Notes: generated from the sequence alone by a model not told the origin. A stretch of DNA of 64,000 nucleotides from Deltaproteobacteria bacterium (GCA_016219005.1 JACRCN010000044.1:739-64738); one strand, 5' to 3'. Counted from the stretch's first letter, positions 10,607-20,127 are shown. Made by a program: numbers and translations.

Positions 10607-13177
10607 TCAGGCGGCCAGTGACTGAGTCTTCATGGCCCCGGCCTCGTCCCGGAGTCCTTCGCGACGTTCCGGTGTCGCGAAGCGCAGCAGTCCGCCCACG
10701 TCCAGGATCAATCCCACCCGGCCGTCCGGCAGGATAGCACCGCCGGAAATGCCGGGAATGTCCCTCATGGACTCTCCCAGGCTCTTGATGACCACCTGCT
10801 GACGCCCGACCAGCTCGTCGATGACGAGCCCGGCCTTGCGCTCCCCATCTTCCACCACCACCACGACCGCCCGGTCCAGATCGTCCGCGGCGTCCTGGAT
10901 GCCGTAGATCTGCGACATGCGGTACAGCGGGATGAGGTTGCCCTGCAGCAGGAGCATCTCGCCCTGCTGGAACACGGAGGAAACGTCACCGGGCGCGGGT
11001 TTCACCGAGCGGATGATCGAAATCGTCGGGATCACGTATGTCTCGCGGCCGACGTGGATCACCATGCCGTCGATGATCGCCAGGGTAAGCGGCAGGCTCA
11101 TCCTGAAAACACTCCCCCGGCCCAGTTCGGATTTGATTTCCACCTGCCCGCGCAGCAGTTCGATGTTCTTCTTGACCACGTCCATGCCCACGCCGCGGCC
11201 CGACACGTCGGTGACGACCTTGGCGGTGGAGAAGCCCGGCTCGAAAATCAAGTTGAACACTTCCCGGTCGCTCAGGCTGCGCTCGTCGAAGTCGGGAGCG
11301 TTGCTGATGAGCCCCCGTTCCTTGCCCTTGGCGATGAGCACATCGCGGTCCAGGCCCTTGCCGTCGTCGCTGATCTCCACGACCACGCTGCCGGCCGAGT
11401 GGTAGGCCGCGATCTTCACCGTCCCCTGCTCGGGTTTGCCGGCCGCCCGCCGTTCCTCCGGCGTTTCGATCCCGTGGTCCACGGCGTTGCGGACCATGTG
11501 CAGCAGCGGATCGTTGATGATGTCCACCAGGTTGCGGTCTATCTCGGTGTCTTCGCCTTCGGTGATAAAATCCACGTTTTTGTTCAGCTTGCGGGCCACA
11601 TCCCGCACCAGCCGGGCCATCTTGCTGAAGGTGGCTTTCAGCTCCACCATCCGCATGGACATGCTGATCTCCTGGAGCCCCCGAACGATCTTGGTGGTGT
11701 GGACGATTTTTTTGGCCAGGTCGTGATTCTGGCCGTCTACCACCCGGGCATCCTGGGCGACCATCGAGTGGGCGATGACGAGCTCGCCGACCATGTCGAT
11801 CAGCCGGTCCAACCGCTGCGTGCTCACCCGCACCGAGGCTTCGACAGCCTGGCCGCCGTCACGCATCTGCTTCTGGCTGCGCAGCGCCTGCCCCACGTCG
11901 GCAATACTAGCCGCCTGAGACTTGACCAGGGCGACACCCAACTTCTCCGTGGGGTGCTCGATCAGGGCTTGCTCAATCTGGCTCCGATCGACCTTGCCCT
12001 GGGCGACGAGGATGTCGCCGATGCGCGGTGAGCCAATGGTCTCCTGTTCCTCTGAGATGCCGGCCGCTTCCGGGTTTTTCAGCACCGCCAGGAGTTCGTC
12101 GTACCCCCTGGGCTTGGCCAAGGGCTCTCCGCCCAGCGCACGCTTCACGGCCTCCACCAAGGTCTTGATCATGTCCAGCCCCTGCAGCGACAGGTCCGCG
12201 TAACCGCCGCTGTAGCGGATCTCTCCATCGCGCACGCGGCTGAGCAGAGTCTCGGCATGATGTCCGAACTCCGCAATCAGGCGGAGCTCGAGAAAGCCCG
12301 AGGTGCCCTTGACGGTGTGAAAGGCACGGAAGACCTTGCCCACGGCTTCCGCATCCCCGGGGTCGTGCTCGAGGGACAGCAACGCCTCTTCCGCATTCTG
12401 GATGAGATCGGTGCTCTCGTTGATGAATTCGGCCATGAGGTCCAGGTCGAAGTTCTGGGGCATGTAATCGGCGACGGCCTCATCGGCCGGCACGCTGGAC
12501 ACGGAGGGGTCGGGAGATTTTTCGGCCGCCCGTTCCGGCACCGGTTCCGGACGTTCCTGCGCCGTGATGGCCTGATCCAGGAGAACACCGAGCGCACCGA
12601 TCGCCGCCTCCGGGTCGGACACCCTGCCGCCGCCAAGTTCCGCTGCGCGTTCGACGGCATCCTGCAAATGCCGCCGGCAGCCCTTTGGCAGTTCCTCGTC
12701 CAGGCCAAGACGCCGCAACTCCTTCTCCAGCCGCATCCACCCGTCGGTATCCGATGCCGTAAGCCGCATGAGGAGTGCTGCCGCGTCATCGAGCGTCAGT
12801 ACTTCCGCGGAGCCGGCGGGTGTATCCCCAGCGCGGTCCGGTTCAAAGACAGCCGCCAGCCGGTCGCCAGCCGCCGCCAACTCATCGCTCCCGGGGTGGC
12901 CGCCGTAGGCCCGCTCCGAGGCCTGCAACGCCCCGGCCAAGGCGTCCACGGCACCCAGCATGTCGGGTACCGAATTTCCAGCGAGATGCATCAACCCTTG
13001 CACGGCCTGCTCAAGCAGTGCTTTGGCCCCAGGCGGCTCGGCTGCCGCGGCCTTCGCCGCGCGCTGCACCTTGGCGGCCAGTTTTTTCCAGGCCCCTCGG
13101 TCGCTCACGCTGATGGCGTCCAGGTCTTCCAAAAGCTTTCTGAGTTTGTCTGTCACCTGTTGTCGGCCTTTGCCCAT
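10607..13177 (-). CDS. cheA: Chemotaxis histidine kinase CheA with an atypical ~245-aa N-terminal extension
   Basis: Hpt motif is KVFRAFHTVKGTSGFLEL. The dimerisation domain shows RVSTQRLDRLIDMVGELVI. HATPase motifs are HMVRNAVDHGIE and DDGKGLD...GRGVGMDVV. The C-terminal CheW-like domain shows LLLQGNLIPLYRM...GAILPDGRVGLILD. Start chosen at ATG 13175-13177 (GAGAGGA upstream). The 918-aa track ORF would overlap flgN. Confidence 0.9.
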   Translation of the reverse strand: MGKGRQQVTDKLRKLLEDLDAISVSDRGAWKKLAAKVQRAAKAAAAEPPGAKALLEQAVQGLMHLAGNSVPDMLGAVDALAGALQASERAYGGHPGSDELAAAGDRLAAVFEPDRAGDTPAGSAEVLTLDDAAALLMRLTASDTDGWMRLEKELRRLGLDEELPKGCRRHLQDAVERAAELGGGRVSDPEAAIGALGVLLDQAITAQERPEPVPERAAEKSPDPSVSSVPADEAVADYMPQNFDLDLMAEFINESTDLIQNAEEALLSLEHDPGDAEAVGKVFRAFHTVKGTSGFLELRLIAEFGHHAETLLSRVRDGEIRYSGGYADLSLQGLDMIKTLVEAVKRALGGEPLAKPRGYDELLAVLKNPEAAGISEEQETIGSPRIGDILVAQGKVDRSQIEQALIEHPTEKLGVALVKSQAASIADVGQALRSQKQMRDGGQAVEASVRVSTQRLDRLIDMVGELVIAHSMVAQDARVVDGQNHDLAKKIVHTTKIVRGLQEISMSMRMVELKATFSKMARLVRDVARKLNKNVDFITEGEDTEIDRNLVDIINDPLLHMVRNAVDHGIETPEERRAAGKPEQGTVKIAAYHSAGSVVVEISDDGKGLDRDVLIAKGKERGLISNAPDFDERSLSDREVFNLIFEPGFSTAKVVTDVSGRGVGMDVVKKNIELLRGQVEIKSELGRGSVFRMSLPLTLAIIDGMVIHVGRETYVIPTISIIRSVKPAPGDVSSVFQQGEMLLLQGNLIPLYRMSQIYGIQDAADDLDRAVVVVVEDGERKAGLVIDELVGRQQVVIKSLGESMRDIPGISGGAILPDGRVGLILDVGGLLRFATPERREGLRDEAGAMKTQSLAA

Positions 13178-13227
13178 TACCGGTTCCTCTCGTTTTCGAA
13201 TCGCTGCCCGACCGCTGTCGCGCCGCT

Positions 13228-13728
13228 TTATGCCTCGTCGCGGACCATCTTCCCGCTGAGCCGGGCCGCGTGAAAGCCACCCCCGCGATGGTAAACGGGG
13301 ACATTCACCATGAAACCCTGCAACAGGCGGTAGGCCCCCTGCAGGAGCTCGACGGCGTTGCAACAGAGGGCGTTGCTGCGCCGGTTTTCCTCGCGCAGCC
13401 GGCCGACGAGCCGGCCGAGGACCTCGCGGCAGCGCCGGAGTTCACCGGATAACGGCTCGGACGAACGCTGCGCAAGAAATTCCAGCGTGAGCGCTGCCGC
13501 CGGGACGCCCAGGGTCCGGGCCAGAACGTCGACCCGTGTAAGCCTCTGTTTTTCCAGGTCCTCCATGCGCCGCAGCAGCTCTTCCTTCTCGGCCGCCGCC
13601 GCCGCGGCCTCGGCCGGCTTAAACCGGATCAGCGCCCGGCGCTCCCGACCCATGACGGCCAGCAGATCCTCGTAGAGACCGGCCACCGCCCGCAGCAATT
13701 CCGTCATTTCACGCATACGTATGTACAT
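13228..13728 (-). CDS. flgN: FlgN-family flagellar export chaperone
   Basis: About 166 aa, helical: LLRAVAGLYEDLLAVMGRERRALIRF...EKEELLRRMEDLEKQRL...NRRSNALCCNAVELLQG. It sits at the head of a sigma-28-type transcription unit. GGAAGGA lies upstream of ATG 13726-13728. Confidence 0.65.
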   Translation of the reverse strand: MYIRMREMTELLRAVAGLYEDLLAVMGRERRALIRFKPAEAAAAAAEKEELLRRMEDLEKQRLTRVDVLARTLGVPAAALTLEFLAQRSSEPLSGELRRCREVLGRLVGRLREENRRSNALCCNAVELLQGAYRLLQGFMVNVPVYHRGGGFHAARLSGKMVRDEA

Positions 13729-13766
13729 GCCATCCTTCCCGCCGGACGCTTGTCCGCATAAGGTGA

Positions 13767-13794
13767 CTATCGGCAACCTTACTCTAATACTTTA
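13767..13794 (-). promoter_or_regulatory. Sigma-28 (FliA)-type promoter for flgN-che-flgKL
   Basis: The minus strand reads TAAAGTAT-N12-GCCGATAG. The known consensus is TAAAGTTT-N11-GCCGATAA. It lies ~40 nt upstream of flgN and has the same 1-nt-longer spacer as the flagellin promoter. Confidence 0.55.
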
Positions 13795-13866
13795 GGCTTC
13801 CCGGGCTTCCGATGTGCCGGTCCGGCATGCCCATCCGACCCGGCGTGGATACGGTATCACCGTGGA

Positions 13867-14208
13867 TCACTTTTTTGGGGCAACCGGTCCCTGGAACGGG
13901 GCGCCGCGGCGGTCCAGTTGCTCGCGCAGCATGGAAGACAGACCCAGTGCCCCCCGGTTTGCCAGATCCTTGGCCAGTTCGGCGTCCATGAGCGAGGTGT
14001 AGACCTCCTCGGCACGGCCGCCGTCGGTCAGGCCGGATTTGGTCACGGTCTTGCGCATTTCGCTCAGCATGTGATTGATGAACAGGGCTTCCATGTCGTT
14101 GCAGACGGCCTTGAACCGGCTGTCGTCGGCCGGAAGCGCTGGGGCGCGCGGCGCTTTCAGCGGCGCACCCGTGAGCGGCGCGAGGGATCGGTCGACGGGT
14201 TCGGGCAT
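13867..14208 (-). CDS. flgJ: Rod-binding protein (FlgJ N-terminal domain only; no muramidase domain)
   Basis: 113 aa with FKAVCNDMEALFINHMLSEMRKT...EEVYTSLMDAELAKDL, the Rod-binding motif. It follows flgI (TAATG overlap). Confidence 0.8.
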   Translation of the reverse strand: MPEPVDRSLAPLTGAPLKAPRAPALPADDSRFKAVCNDMEALFINHMLSEMRKTVTKSGLTDGGRAEEVYTSLMDAELAKDLANRGALGLSSMLREQLDRRGAPFQGPVAPKK

Positions 14209-15344
14209 TAGATAATCTCCAGATCCGCCTGCAGCGCCCCAGCCGCCTTCAGCGCCTGGAAAATCGAAATCAGGTCGCGGGGCGAAACCCCCAGGGCATT
14301 CAAGGCCTTGACGACCTCGCCGATGCTGACGCCGGAGGGCACCACGTAGATCGGCGCACGGCCTTCCTTGACGGAGGTCTGGCTGTCCGGGGTCACCACC
14401 GTCCGGCCGGTTTCAGAGAACGGCATCGGCTGGGACACGTTGAAGTTCTGCTTGATCTCGACGCTCAGGTTGCCGTGAGCGATGGCCACCGTGGAGATCC
14501 GGACGTTTTCGCCCATGATCACCGTGCCGGTGCGCTCGTTGATCACCACCCGCGATATGTTGTCCGGGGTAACGTTCAGGACCTCGATGGAGGCGATCAG
14601 ATGGGCGATGTTGCCCAGGTACTTTGACGGCACGGCGATCTGCACGGTACCCGAATCCTGAGGAAAGGCGGCGTTTTCCAGAAGTCCGGCGTTGATGGCC
14701 TCCGCCATGCGGGTAGCGGTTGTGAAATCCGGCTGGTGCAGCGCCAGGGTGAGCGTGTCTTTCTGGTTCAGGTTGAAAGGGATCTCCTTCTCGACGAGCG
14801 CTCCCTGAACGACCCGGCCGACCGTGGTGAAGTTTTTCTGCACCTTGTCCCCGGTGCCCGACCCGACGGTGAAGCCGCCCGTGCTGACCGGCCCCTGGCC
14901 TACGGCATAGACCTGCCCGTCGGCCCCCTTGAGAGGAGTCATCAGCAGGGTGCCTCCCTGAAGCGCCTTGGAGTCGCCGATGGAGTTCACCAGGGCATCC
15001 AGACGGCTGCCCATGCGGGCGAAGGGCGGCAAATCCGCGGTCACCATCACGGCGGCGACGTTCTTGACTTTGATGTCCTCCGGCTTGACGGTGACCCCCA
15101 TTTTTTCGAGCATCGAGGAAATGGACTGCAGCGTGAAGATGGCGTCGTCGCTGTCGCCGCTGCCGGCCAGGCCAACCACCAGACCGTAACCGACCAACTG
15201 GTTGGAACGCACGCCGCGGAAGCCGGCGATGTCCTTGATGCGGGCGGCGTGAAGTTCCGCCGTCACCGCCAGAAGCACTGTTGCGACGATCGCGAGCCCG
15301 CCCGCAACCGTTACAGCGCGCTGAAAGAAAGTCGGAGATCGCAT
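14208..15344 (-). CDS. flgI: Flagellar P-ring protein
   Basis: RIKDIAGFRGVRSNQLVGYGLVVGLAGSGD...NERTGTVIMGENVRIS...LQADLEII. ATG 15344 is preferred; the GTG at 15356 in the track is possible. Confidence 0.95.
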   Translation of the reverse strand: MRSPTFFQRAVTVAGGLAIVATVLLAVTAELHAARIKDIAGFRGVRSNQLVGYGLVVGLAGSGDSDDAIFTLQSISSMLEKMGVTVKPEDIKVKNVAAVMVTADLPPFARMGSRLDALVNSIGDSKALQGGTLLMTPLKGADGQVYAVGQGPVSTGGFTVGSGTGDKVQKNFTTVGRVVQGALVEKEIPFNLNQKDTLTLALHQPDFTTATRMAEAINAGLLENAAFPQDSGTVQIAVPSKYLGNIAHLIASIEVLNVTPDNISRVVINERTGTVIMGENVRISTVAIAHGNLSVEIKQNFNVSQPMPFSETGRTVVTPDSQTSVKEGRAPIYVVPSGVSIGEVVKALNALGVSPRDLISIFQALKAAGALQADLEII

Positions 15345-15368
15345 ACGTCTTTCCACTTCCGCTAAAGG

Positions 15369-16118
15369 TTAAAACGGCCAGACGACGTCCAGAATATTGG
15401 CCATCCAGCCCGGCCGCTGGCGGTCATCGATGATGCCGGAGCCGCTGTAGGCAATTTTGGCGTCCGCGATGAACCGCGAGGCAATGATGTTCTGGTCGTT
15501 GATGTCCCGCGGCCGGATGACCCCGGACAGGACGATGACCTGGTTCTCGTGGTTGACCATTATCTCCCGGGTGCCGACGATTCGCAGATTTCCATTCGGC
15601 AGCACCTCGGTCACGCGGCAGGTGATGAAGGCCGTGAGGTCGCCGCTGCGCGAGGTCGTCCCGTCCCCCTTGAAATCGCTCGACATGCTGCCCGCGACCG
15701 ATGCCGCCCCGAAAGGGTTCACTTTCGGCAGGTCGGTCCCAAGCGCACGCAGGACTTTGTCCTGCCACCAGTTCTCGATGCCGAACAACGAATCGATGCC
15801 GGCACTCAGGCTGGAGTCGCGGCCGGTGGTGGTGTTGGCCTTGTTGGTGGCCTTGGAAGACTCGGCGATCTCGATGGTGACGATGTCCCCGATGTTGCGG
15901 GCCTTGGTGTCCAGGAACAGGCCGCTCAGCCCGTTGGAGGCCTGCCACAGCGAATTCTCCTGGTAGTCCGGCCGGCGGATGCTGACCGTTTCCGGGGCGG
16001 GAGGTGCAGGTGCGACCGGGGCCGTCGCCGTGGGATAGGTGGCGCAGCCGATCAGCGCCACCACCCAAAACACCGCGAAACCGGCCTTGCCGGCCGCGCG
16101 CAAAGTTGATTTCATCAT
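15369..16118 (-). CDS. flgH: Flagellar L-ring lipoprotein
   Basis: Lipobox VVALIGC, then SLWQ...LFLDTKARNIGDIVTIEI...NGNLRIVGTREIMVN...VIRPRDI. GAAAGGA lies upstream of ATG 16116-16118. Confidence 0.95.
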   Translation of the reverse strand: MMKSTLRAAGKAGFAVFWVVALIGCATYPTATAPVAPAPPAPETVSIRRPDYQENSLWQASNGLSGLFLDTKARNIGDIVTIEIAESSKATNKANTTTGRDSSLSAGIDSLFGIENWWQDKVLRALGTDLPKVNPFGAASVAGSMSSDFKGDGTTSRSGDLTAFITCRVTEVLPNGNLRIVGTREIMVNHENQVIVLSGVIRPRDINDQNIIASRFIADAKIAYSGSGIIDDRQRPGWMANILDVVWPF

Positions 16119-16159
16119 TCGGGTCCTTTCTTCCACAAGGGGTGCAGCACATGCCACCG

Positions 16160-17158
16160 CTAGAAATCGATTTTGACCGTCTGCGTGTCCACCACCCGCG
16201 CCTGGATCACCTTGTTGGAGTCAAGGTTCGTCACGGGGATGCGCTCGCCCATGCAGCCCTTCTGCTTCACCTCGCCGACGGCGGTGATCCGCATACCTGC
16301 GGACTCGAAGATGATCCGTACGCGGTCGCCCCGTTTCACGATCGGCTGGGATTCCACCAGGTCCGGCCGCAGCACCGTGTTGGCATCGAGCAGGCGCCGG
16401 GTGCGCTTACCCAGCACCGCCTCGGGATCGGCGATGTAGTCCGAAGGCAGGCCGGAGACGTCCACCGACCGCACCTCGACGTCGCTTTCCTCGATGGGCT
16501 TGAAGCGCCCGAGGGGCCGCTTGGTCACGACCGCGTTGGCCAGCACCTCCACCACGGCCGTCACCATCATGCGCTTCTCAAACTCATCGTTAACCCTCAG
16601 CGTCACGGTCAGGGGCAGGCTGCCCGTCATCGCGGTGTTCCGGGGGGCTGCCACCTGATGGCTCAGGCTGCCTTTGGGCAACAGCACGGGCTCCGCACCC
16701 CGAATCTCCTTGATCCGCATCGTCTGGCCTTTGCCGGCGAACTGCTGCTGGATAAACGCTTCCACGATCTGTTCGATGCGCTCGCGGCCGACTTCGACCG
16801 CCCCGCGGCGGACCAAGACCTCCGGGGGCATCTGCAGCTCGATCCGCGCAAGATCAATGCCGCTCTGTTTAAGGCGCAAAAGAATGGCCGCGCCGTCCAG
16901 CGACCGGCTTTTCCCCGGCAGAGGCGACCGGCCGATGACGACCGCCTCCAGCTCGCGCACGAATCCCGCGTCGTCCCCGTCGATACGGGCGATTTTGCCG
17001 AGCGGGATCTGATCCGCCTCGATCTCCACCTGGTCGTAGACCCGCAAACTGATGAGCCCCGCGCCCCCCGCGGCGGTCGCCGCGGCGAGCAGCACCAGCA
17101 CCAGGACCGCCACGGCCGCGGCCGCATTCGGCTTCTGCGTCTGCTTGCACCGTCCCAT
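16160..17158 (-). CDS. flgA: Flagellar P-ring assembly chaperone FlgA
   Basis: N-terminal signal/TM region. The SAF-like C-terminus is VKRGDRVRIIFESAGMRITAVGEVKQKGCMGERIPVTNLDSNKVIQARVV. ATG 17158 (AGGGA 6 nt upstream) is preferred over TTG 17164. Confidence 0.85.
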   Translation of the reverse strand: MGRCKQTQKPNAAAAVAVLVLVLLAAATAAGGAGLISLRVYDQVEIEADQIPLGKIARIDGDDAGFVRELEAVVIGRSPLPGKSRSLDGAAILLRLKQSGIDLARIELQMPPEVLVRRGAVEVGRERIEQIVEAFIQQQFAGKGQTMRIKEIRGAEPVLLPKGSLSHQVAAPRNTAMTGSLPLTVTLRVNDEFEKRMMVTAVVEVLANAVVTKRPLGRFKPIEESDVEVRSVDVSGLPSDYIADPEAVLGKRTRRLLDANTVLRPDLVESQPIVKRGDRVRIIFESAGMRITAVGEVKQKGCMGERIPVTNLDSNKVIQARVVDTQTVKIDF

Positions 17159-17167
17159 GCGCAATCC

Positions 17168-17956
17168 CTACCGTTTCAGATTGTTGGCGAGCTGCAGCAT
17201 GTCGTCCGAGGTCTGCACGACCTTGCTGTTGGTCTCGTAGGCCCTCTGGGCCGTGATCATGTTGACCATCTCGTCGACGACACTCACGTTGGACATCTCC
17301 AGGAACCCCTGGGAGATGGTTCCGAAATTGGCCGTGCCGGCCGTACCGGCAATCGCCTCACCCGAGGCGTCCGTGGGCAGGTAAAGGTTTTTGCCGATGC
17401 TCTGCAACCCGGCCGGGTTGACGAAGCGCGCGAGCTGAATCGTGCCGACTTCGCGCGGGGCGGCATCCCCCGCCTGCAGCACGCCGACCGTCCCGTCCAT
17501 GCCCACGGAAACCGAGATGGCGTCGGTAGGAATCGTGATGGCCGGTTCGAGCAGGAACCCGTCCGGGTTGACGACCCGGCCTTCCTTGTCCAGCTTGAAT
17601 GCACCGGCGCGGCTGTAAGCGGTTTCGCCGTTGGGTTGGGTGATCTGGAAGAACCCGTCACCCTCGATGGCCAGATCGAGCTCGTTCTTGGTCATCTGCA
17701 TCTCGCCCCCGGCGAAGTTCTTGGAAACCGCCACCGGCCGCGTGCCGTGGCCGATCTGGATGCCGGTCGGCACCTGGGTGTCCTCCGACGAGGACGCCCC
17801 GGGCGGCCGCATGGTTTCGTAGAGCAGGTCCTGGAACTCGGCCCGGCTGCGCTTGAAACCGGTGGTGGTGACGTTGGCGAGGTTGTTGGCGATCACGTCG
17901 ATGTTCATGCTCTGGGCCTGCATCCCGGATGCGGCCGACCACATGCTGCGAATCAT
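17168..17956 (-). CDS. flgG: Flagellar distal rod protein
   Basis: [38 protein letters not shown]...[25 protein letters not shown]. Confidence 0.95.
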   Translation of the reverse strand: MIRSMWSAASGMQAQSMNIDVIANNLANVTTTGFKRSRAEFQDLLYETMRPPGASSSEDTQVPTGIQIGHGTRPVAVSKNFAGGEMQMTKNELDLAIEGDGFFQITQPNGETAYSRAGAFKLDKEGRVVNPDGFLLEPAITIPTDAISVSVGMDGTVGVLQAGDAAPREVGTIQLARFVNPAGLQSIGKNLYLPTDASGEAIAGTAGTANFGTISQGFLEMSNVSVVDEMVNMITAQRAYETNSKVVQTSDDMLQLANNLKR

Positions 17957-18030
17957 ATGTCCTCCTCAATCGGCGCCCGCGCCGTTCCGGCCGGTCTGCC
18001 GGCGTGCGTGGGTCACCCGTCTGGAATCCC

Positions 18031-18807
18031 CTAAATGGTCCTGCCGACCTCGTTGATGCTCTTGCTGTTCAGGTCATCGATCGACCGGATCACGCGCTGA
18101 TAGGATTCGTATCCCCGATGAATCTCGATCATCTCGGTCATCAGCTGCACCGCCTCGACGTTGGCCATCTCCAGAAACCCCTGCGCCATCCGGAAGTCCT
18201 CCATAGGCTCCGGGGCCGCCCCGTCCGAGCCCGGCTTAAAATAGCAACCGTTGACCTTGGCCAGGCTGTCGGGTGCTGCAAAATCCGAAACCCGCAGCCG
18301 CCCGACCTTGCTGCCGTTGACCTGCAGGGCGCCATCCTCGCCGACGGTGACCTCGAGCGCCCTGCGGTCGGAGCCTCCGCCTGCCACCCGGATCTCGCCG
18401 CCGTCGCCCATGACCGGCCAGCCTTCCTGGGTGACCAGCATGCCCTCCGGGTTGAGGTTGAAGTTGCCGCGGCGCGTGTACAACTCGCCATCCGGGGACT
18501 GGACGCTGAAAAAACCCTTGCCGTTGAGCGCCAAGTCGAAGGGATTGCCGGTTTGCCGGAGAAAGCCCGGCGAGAAGTCGGTCCGGCTTTTATACTCGAC
18601 CCAAAACGACTCGGGGCTCGCGCCCTGCGGGTACGGCGGATTCACCGGGCTGGGGCTGCCCGCGTTGTTGAGCATGTAAGCCTGGAATGAAACGTTGTCG
18701 CGCTTGAAACCGGCCGTGTTGAGATTGGCCAGGTTGTTGGCGACCACCTCCAGGCGTTTCTCATAGGCCAGGGCGGCCGAAGCCGCCAAGTAGATGTCAC
18801 CGCTCAT
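18031..18807 (-). CDS. flgF: Flagellar proximal rod protein
   Basis: LAASAALAYEKRLEVVANNLANLNTAGFKRD...GFLEMANVEAVQLMTEMIEIHRGYE. ATG at 18805-18807 with GAGGAA upstream. Confidence 0.85.
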   Translation of the reverse strand: MSGDIYLAASAALAYEKRLEVVANNLANLNTAGFKRDNVSFQAYMLNNAGSPSPVNPPYPQGASPESFWVEYKSRTDFSPGFLRQTGNPFDLALNGKGFFSVQSPDGELYTRRGNFNLNPEGMLVTQEGWPVMGDGGEIRVAGGGSDRRALEVTVGEDGALQVNGSKVGRLRVSDFAAPDSLAKVNGCYFKPGSDGAAPEPMEDFRMAQGFLEMANVEAVQLMTEMIEIHRGYESYQRVIRSIDDLNSKSINEVGRTI

Positions 18808-18889
18808 CTGATTTTGTTCCTCGCACCCCTTGTCAGAGGTTGACCCTTCAGCATTCTTTCCGCGCACCCGCAACCGCTTTACGAATCAA

Positions 18890-18904
18890 GCAAGAGCCAT
18901 ACCA
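18890..18904 (-). promoter_or_regulatory. Sigma-54 promoter-like site upstream of flgF
   Basis: The minus strand reads TGGTAT-GGCTC-TTGCT. GG and GC have the canonical spacing. It lies ~85 nt upstream of the flgF start. Confidence 0.5.
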
Positions 18905-19062
18905 AACCCAATCGTCGAGGATGAGAGGCCGCGCGGGGTCAAGGCGTCACGTGCCAATGGCTTTCCCGGGTGCTTTTGGCATACCGGGACTCCCTGGGAT
19001 CGCCGCGGATGAGTATCGAACCTCAGCCGGTTGGGCAAAAATTGCCGGTCGCCGACCCCGGG

Positions 19063-19563
19063 TCACGATGCCGCCCGCCGCAGCTTAAGGGCCAGCTCGA
19101 CCTCTCCGCTGGGCAACCGGAGTTGCTCGGCGATCTGCTTGGCACTGAGGCCCTCGCCGGCCAACCCGAGCACGCCCTCGTAACGCCCCGCACTCGATCC
19201 GCTGGAAACGGGGGGGATATCCTCCCCGAGCCGGAACGGCAAGTGTTCCGCGCTGGCGGCATCTGCGGCCGTACCGGCACCTGGAAGACGGGCATCGGCG
19301 CCGTCGAAGGTCTGCTGCAGTCGCAACTGTTCGGCCTGCACAGCCTTCAGGATGACCTCCAGTGCCAGTTCGGTCTGCTGTCGGATGGACTGCAACCGGA
19401 TTTCCTGGGTGAACGGGATGACGCGGTCGCGCCCCTCGCCTTCCGCCAGAAAACGTTTGGTCTTGAGCTTGTTTCGAATCAGGACCACCAGAATCACGCT
19501 GCACATCGCGATCTGAATCGCGTTGCATACGACATCCCAACGCCATGCTTCCCATCCTGCCAT
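19063..19563 (-). CDS. Membrane-anchored DUF2802-like protein with a C-terminal HTH-like segment
   Basis: N-terminal TM is VVCNAIQIAMCSVILVVLI, followed by a coiled-coil middle. The C-terminus GLAGEGLSAKQIAEQLRLPSGEVELALKLRR resembles the DUF2802 family seen in flagellar/che loci. This is recalled from memory, not searched. Confidence 0.6.
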   Translation of the reverse strand: MAGWEAWRWDVVCNAIQIAMCSVILVVLIRNKLKTKRFLAEGEGRDRVIPFTQEIRLQSIRQQTELALEVILKAVQAEQLRLQQTFDGADARLPGAGTAADAASAEHLPFRLGEDIPPVSSGSSAGRYEGVLGLAGEGLSAKQIAEQLRLPSGEVELALKLRRAAS

Positions 19564-19591
19564 GCGGGACCCTCCCCTGAAGTAACGGCTC

Positions 19592-19764
19592 AGGTGTTCA
19601 GGCTGAAGGCTGAAGGCTGTAAAACATCTCGCGAAGCGCGAACCACGCCATTCATGACCTTCTCGGTTTCTACGACCTATGGTTCAATAACCAGCTTAAA
19701 TACCCGGCGACGTCTTGTGTGATCACGCATGGTTTGTCCCTGAAAGCCTTCAGTCTGCCTACCT
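19592..19764. repeat. Palindromic intergenic repeat, copy A (arms plus an enlarged internal segment)
   Basis: AGGTGTTCAGGCTGAAGGCTGAAGG ... GCCTTCAGTCTGCCTACCT. The flanks taacggctc / gaagcagttac match copy D. Confidence 0.7.
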
Positions 19765-19791
19765 GAAGCAGTTACCCCCCATGGCGTGAGC

Positions 19792-20079
19792 CTACACGCG
19801 AATATCGATCGCTTTTTTGACGGCTTCGTCTAGGCCGAATCCGCCCGGGCGGGACGCGCCGGTCGACGCCGCCGGCCCCGGCACGCCGGGCGCTTCGGCC
19901 GCAGCCTGTTCGCGGTCGTCTTCCGCGGCCGCGTCCCCTTCCGCCGGGTCCTCTGTGTCTTGGTGGAGGTGTTTGGCGAAAGCGCCACCCTCACCCTGGT
20001 CTTCACGCGGCTTGGCCCGCTTGACACGGTCAGCCCGCGTCACGGGCGTGACGTGTCTCGGAAATACCACCGGTTCCAT
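19792..20079 (-). CDS. Small acidic, low-complexity protein immediately downstream of fliA; unknown function
   Basis: 95 aa with an ATG and GGGGAGGGG 6 nt upstream. Rich in A/E/D/P/G. Ends ...GLDEAVKKAIDIRV. Confidence 0.5.
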   Translation of the reverse strand: MEPVVFPRHVTPVTRADRVKRAKPREDQGEGGAFAKHLHQDTEDPAEGDAAAEDDREQAAAEAPGVPGPAASTGASRPGGFGLDEAVKKAIDIRV

Positions 20080-20127
20080 CGTCGGCCCCTCCCCTGTCGC
20101 CCGCGCGGCATCCTCTCCCCAGGTTTG

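Noticed and set aside
13867-14208. FlgJ lacking a peptidoglycan-hydrolase domain, as a possible truncation or pseudogene.
   Set aside because: Rod-binding-only FlgJ proteins are the normal state in many alpha- and deltaproteobacteria, which use a separate lytic enzyme. The ORF is intact and coupled to flgI.
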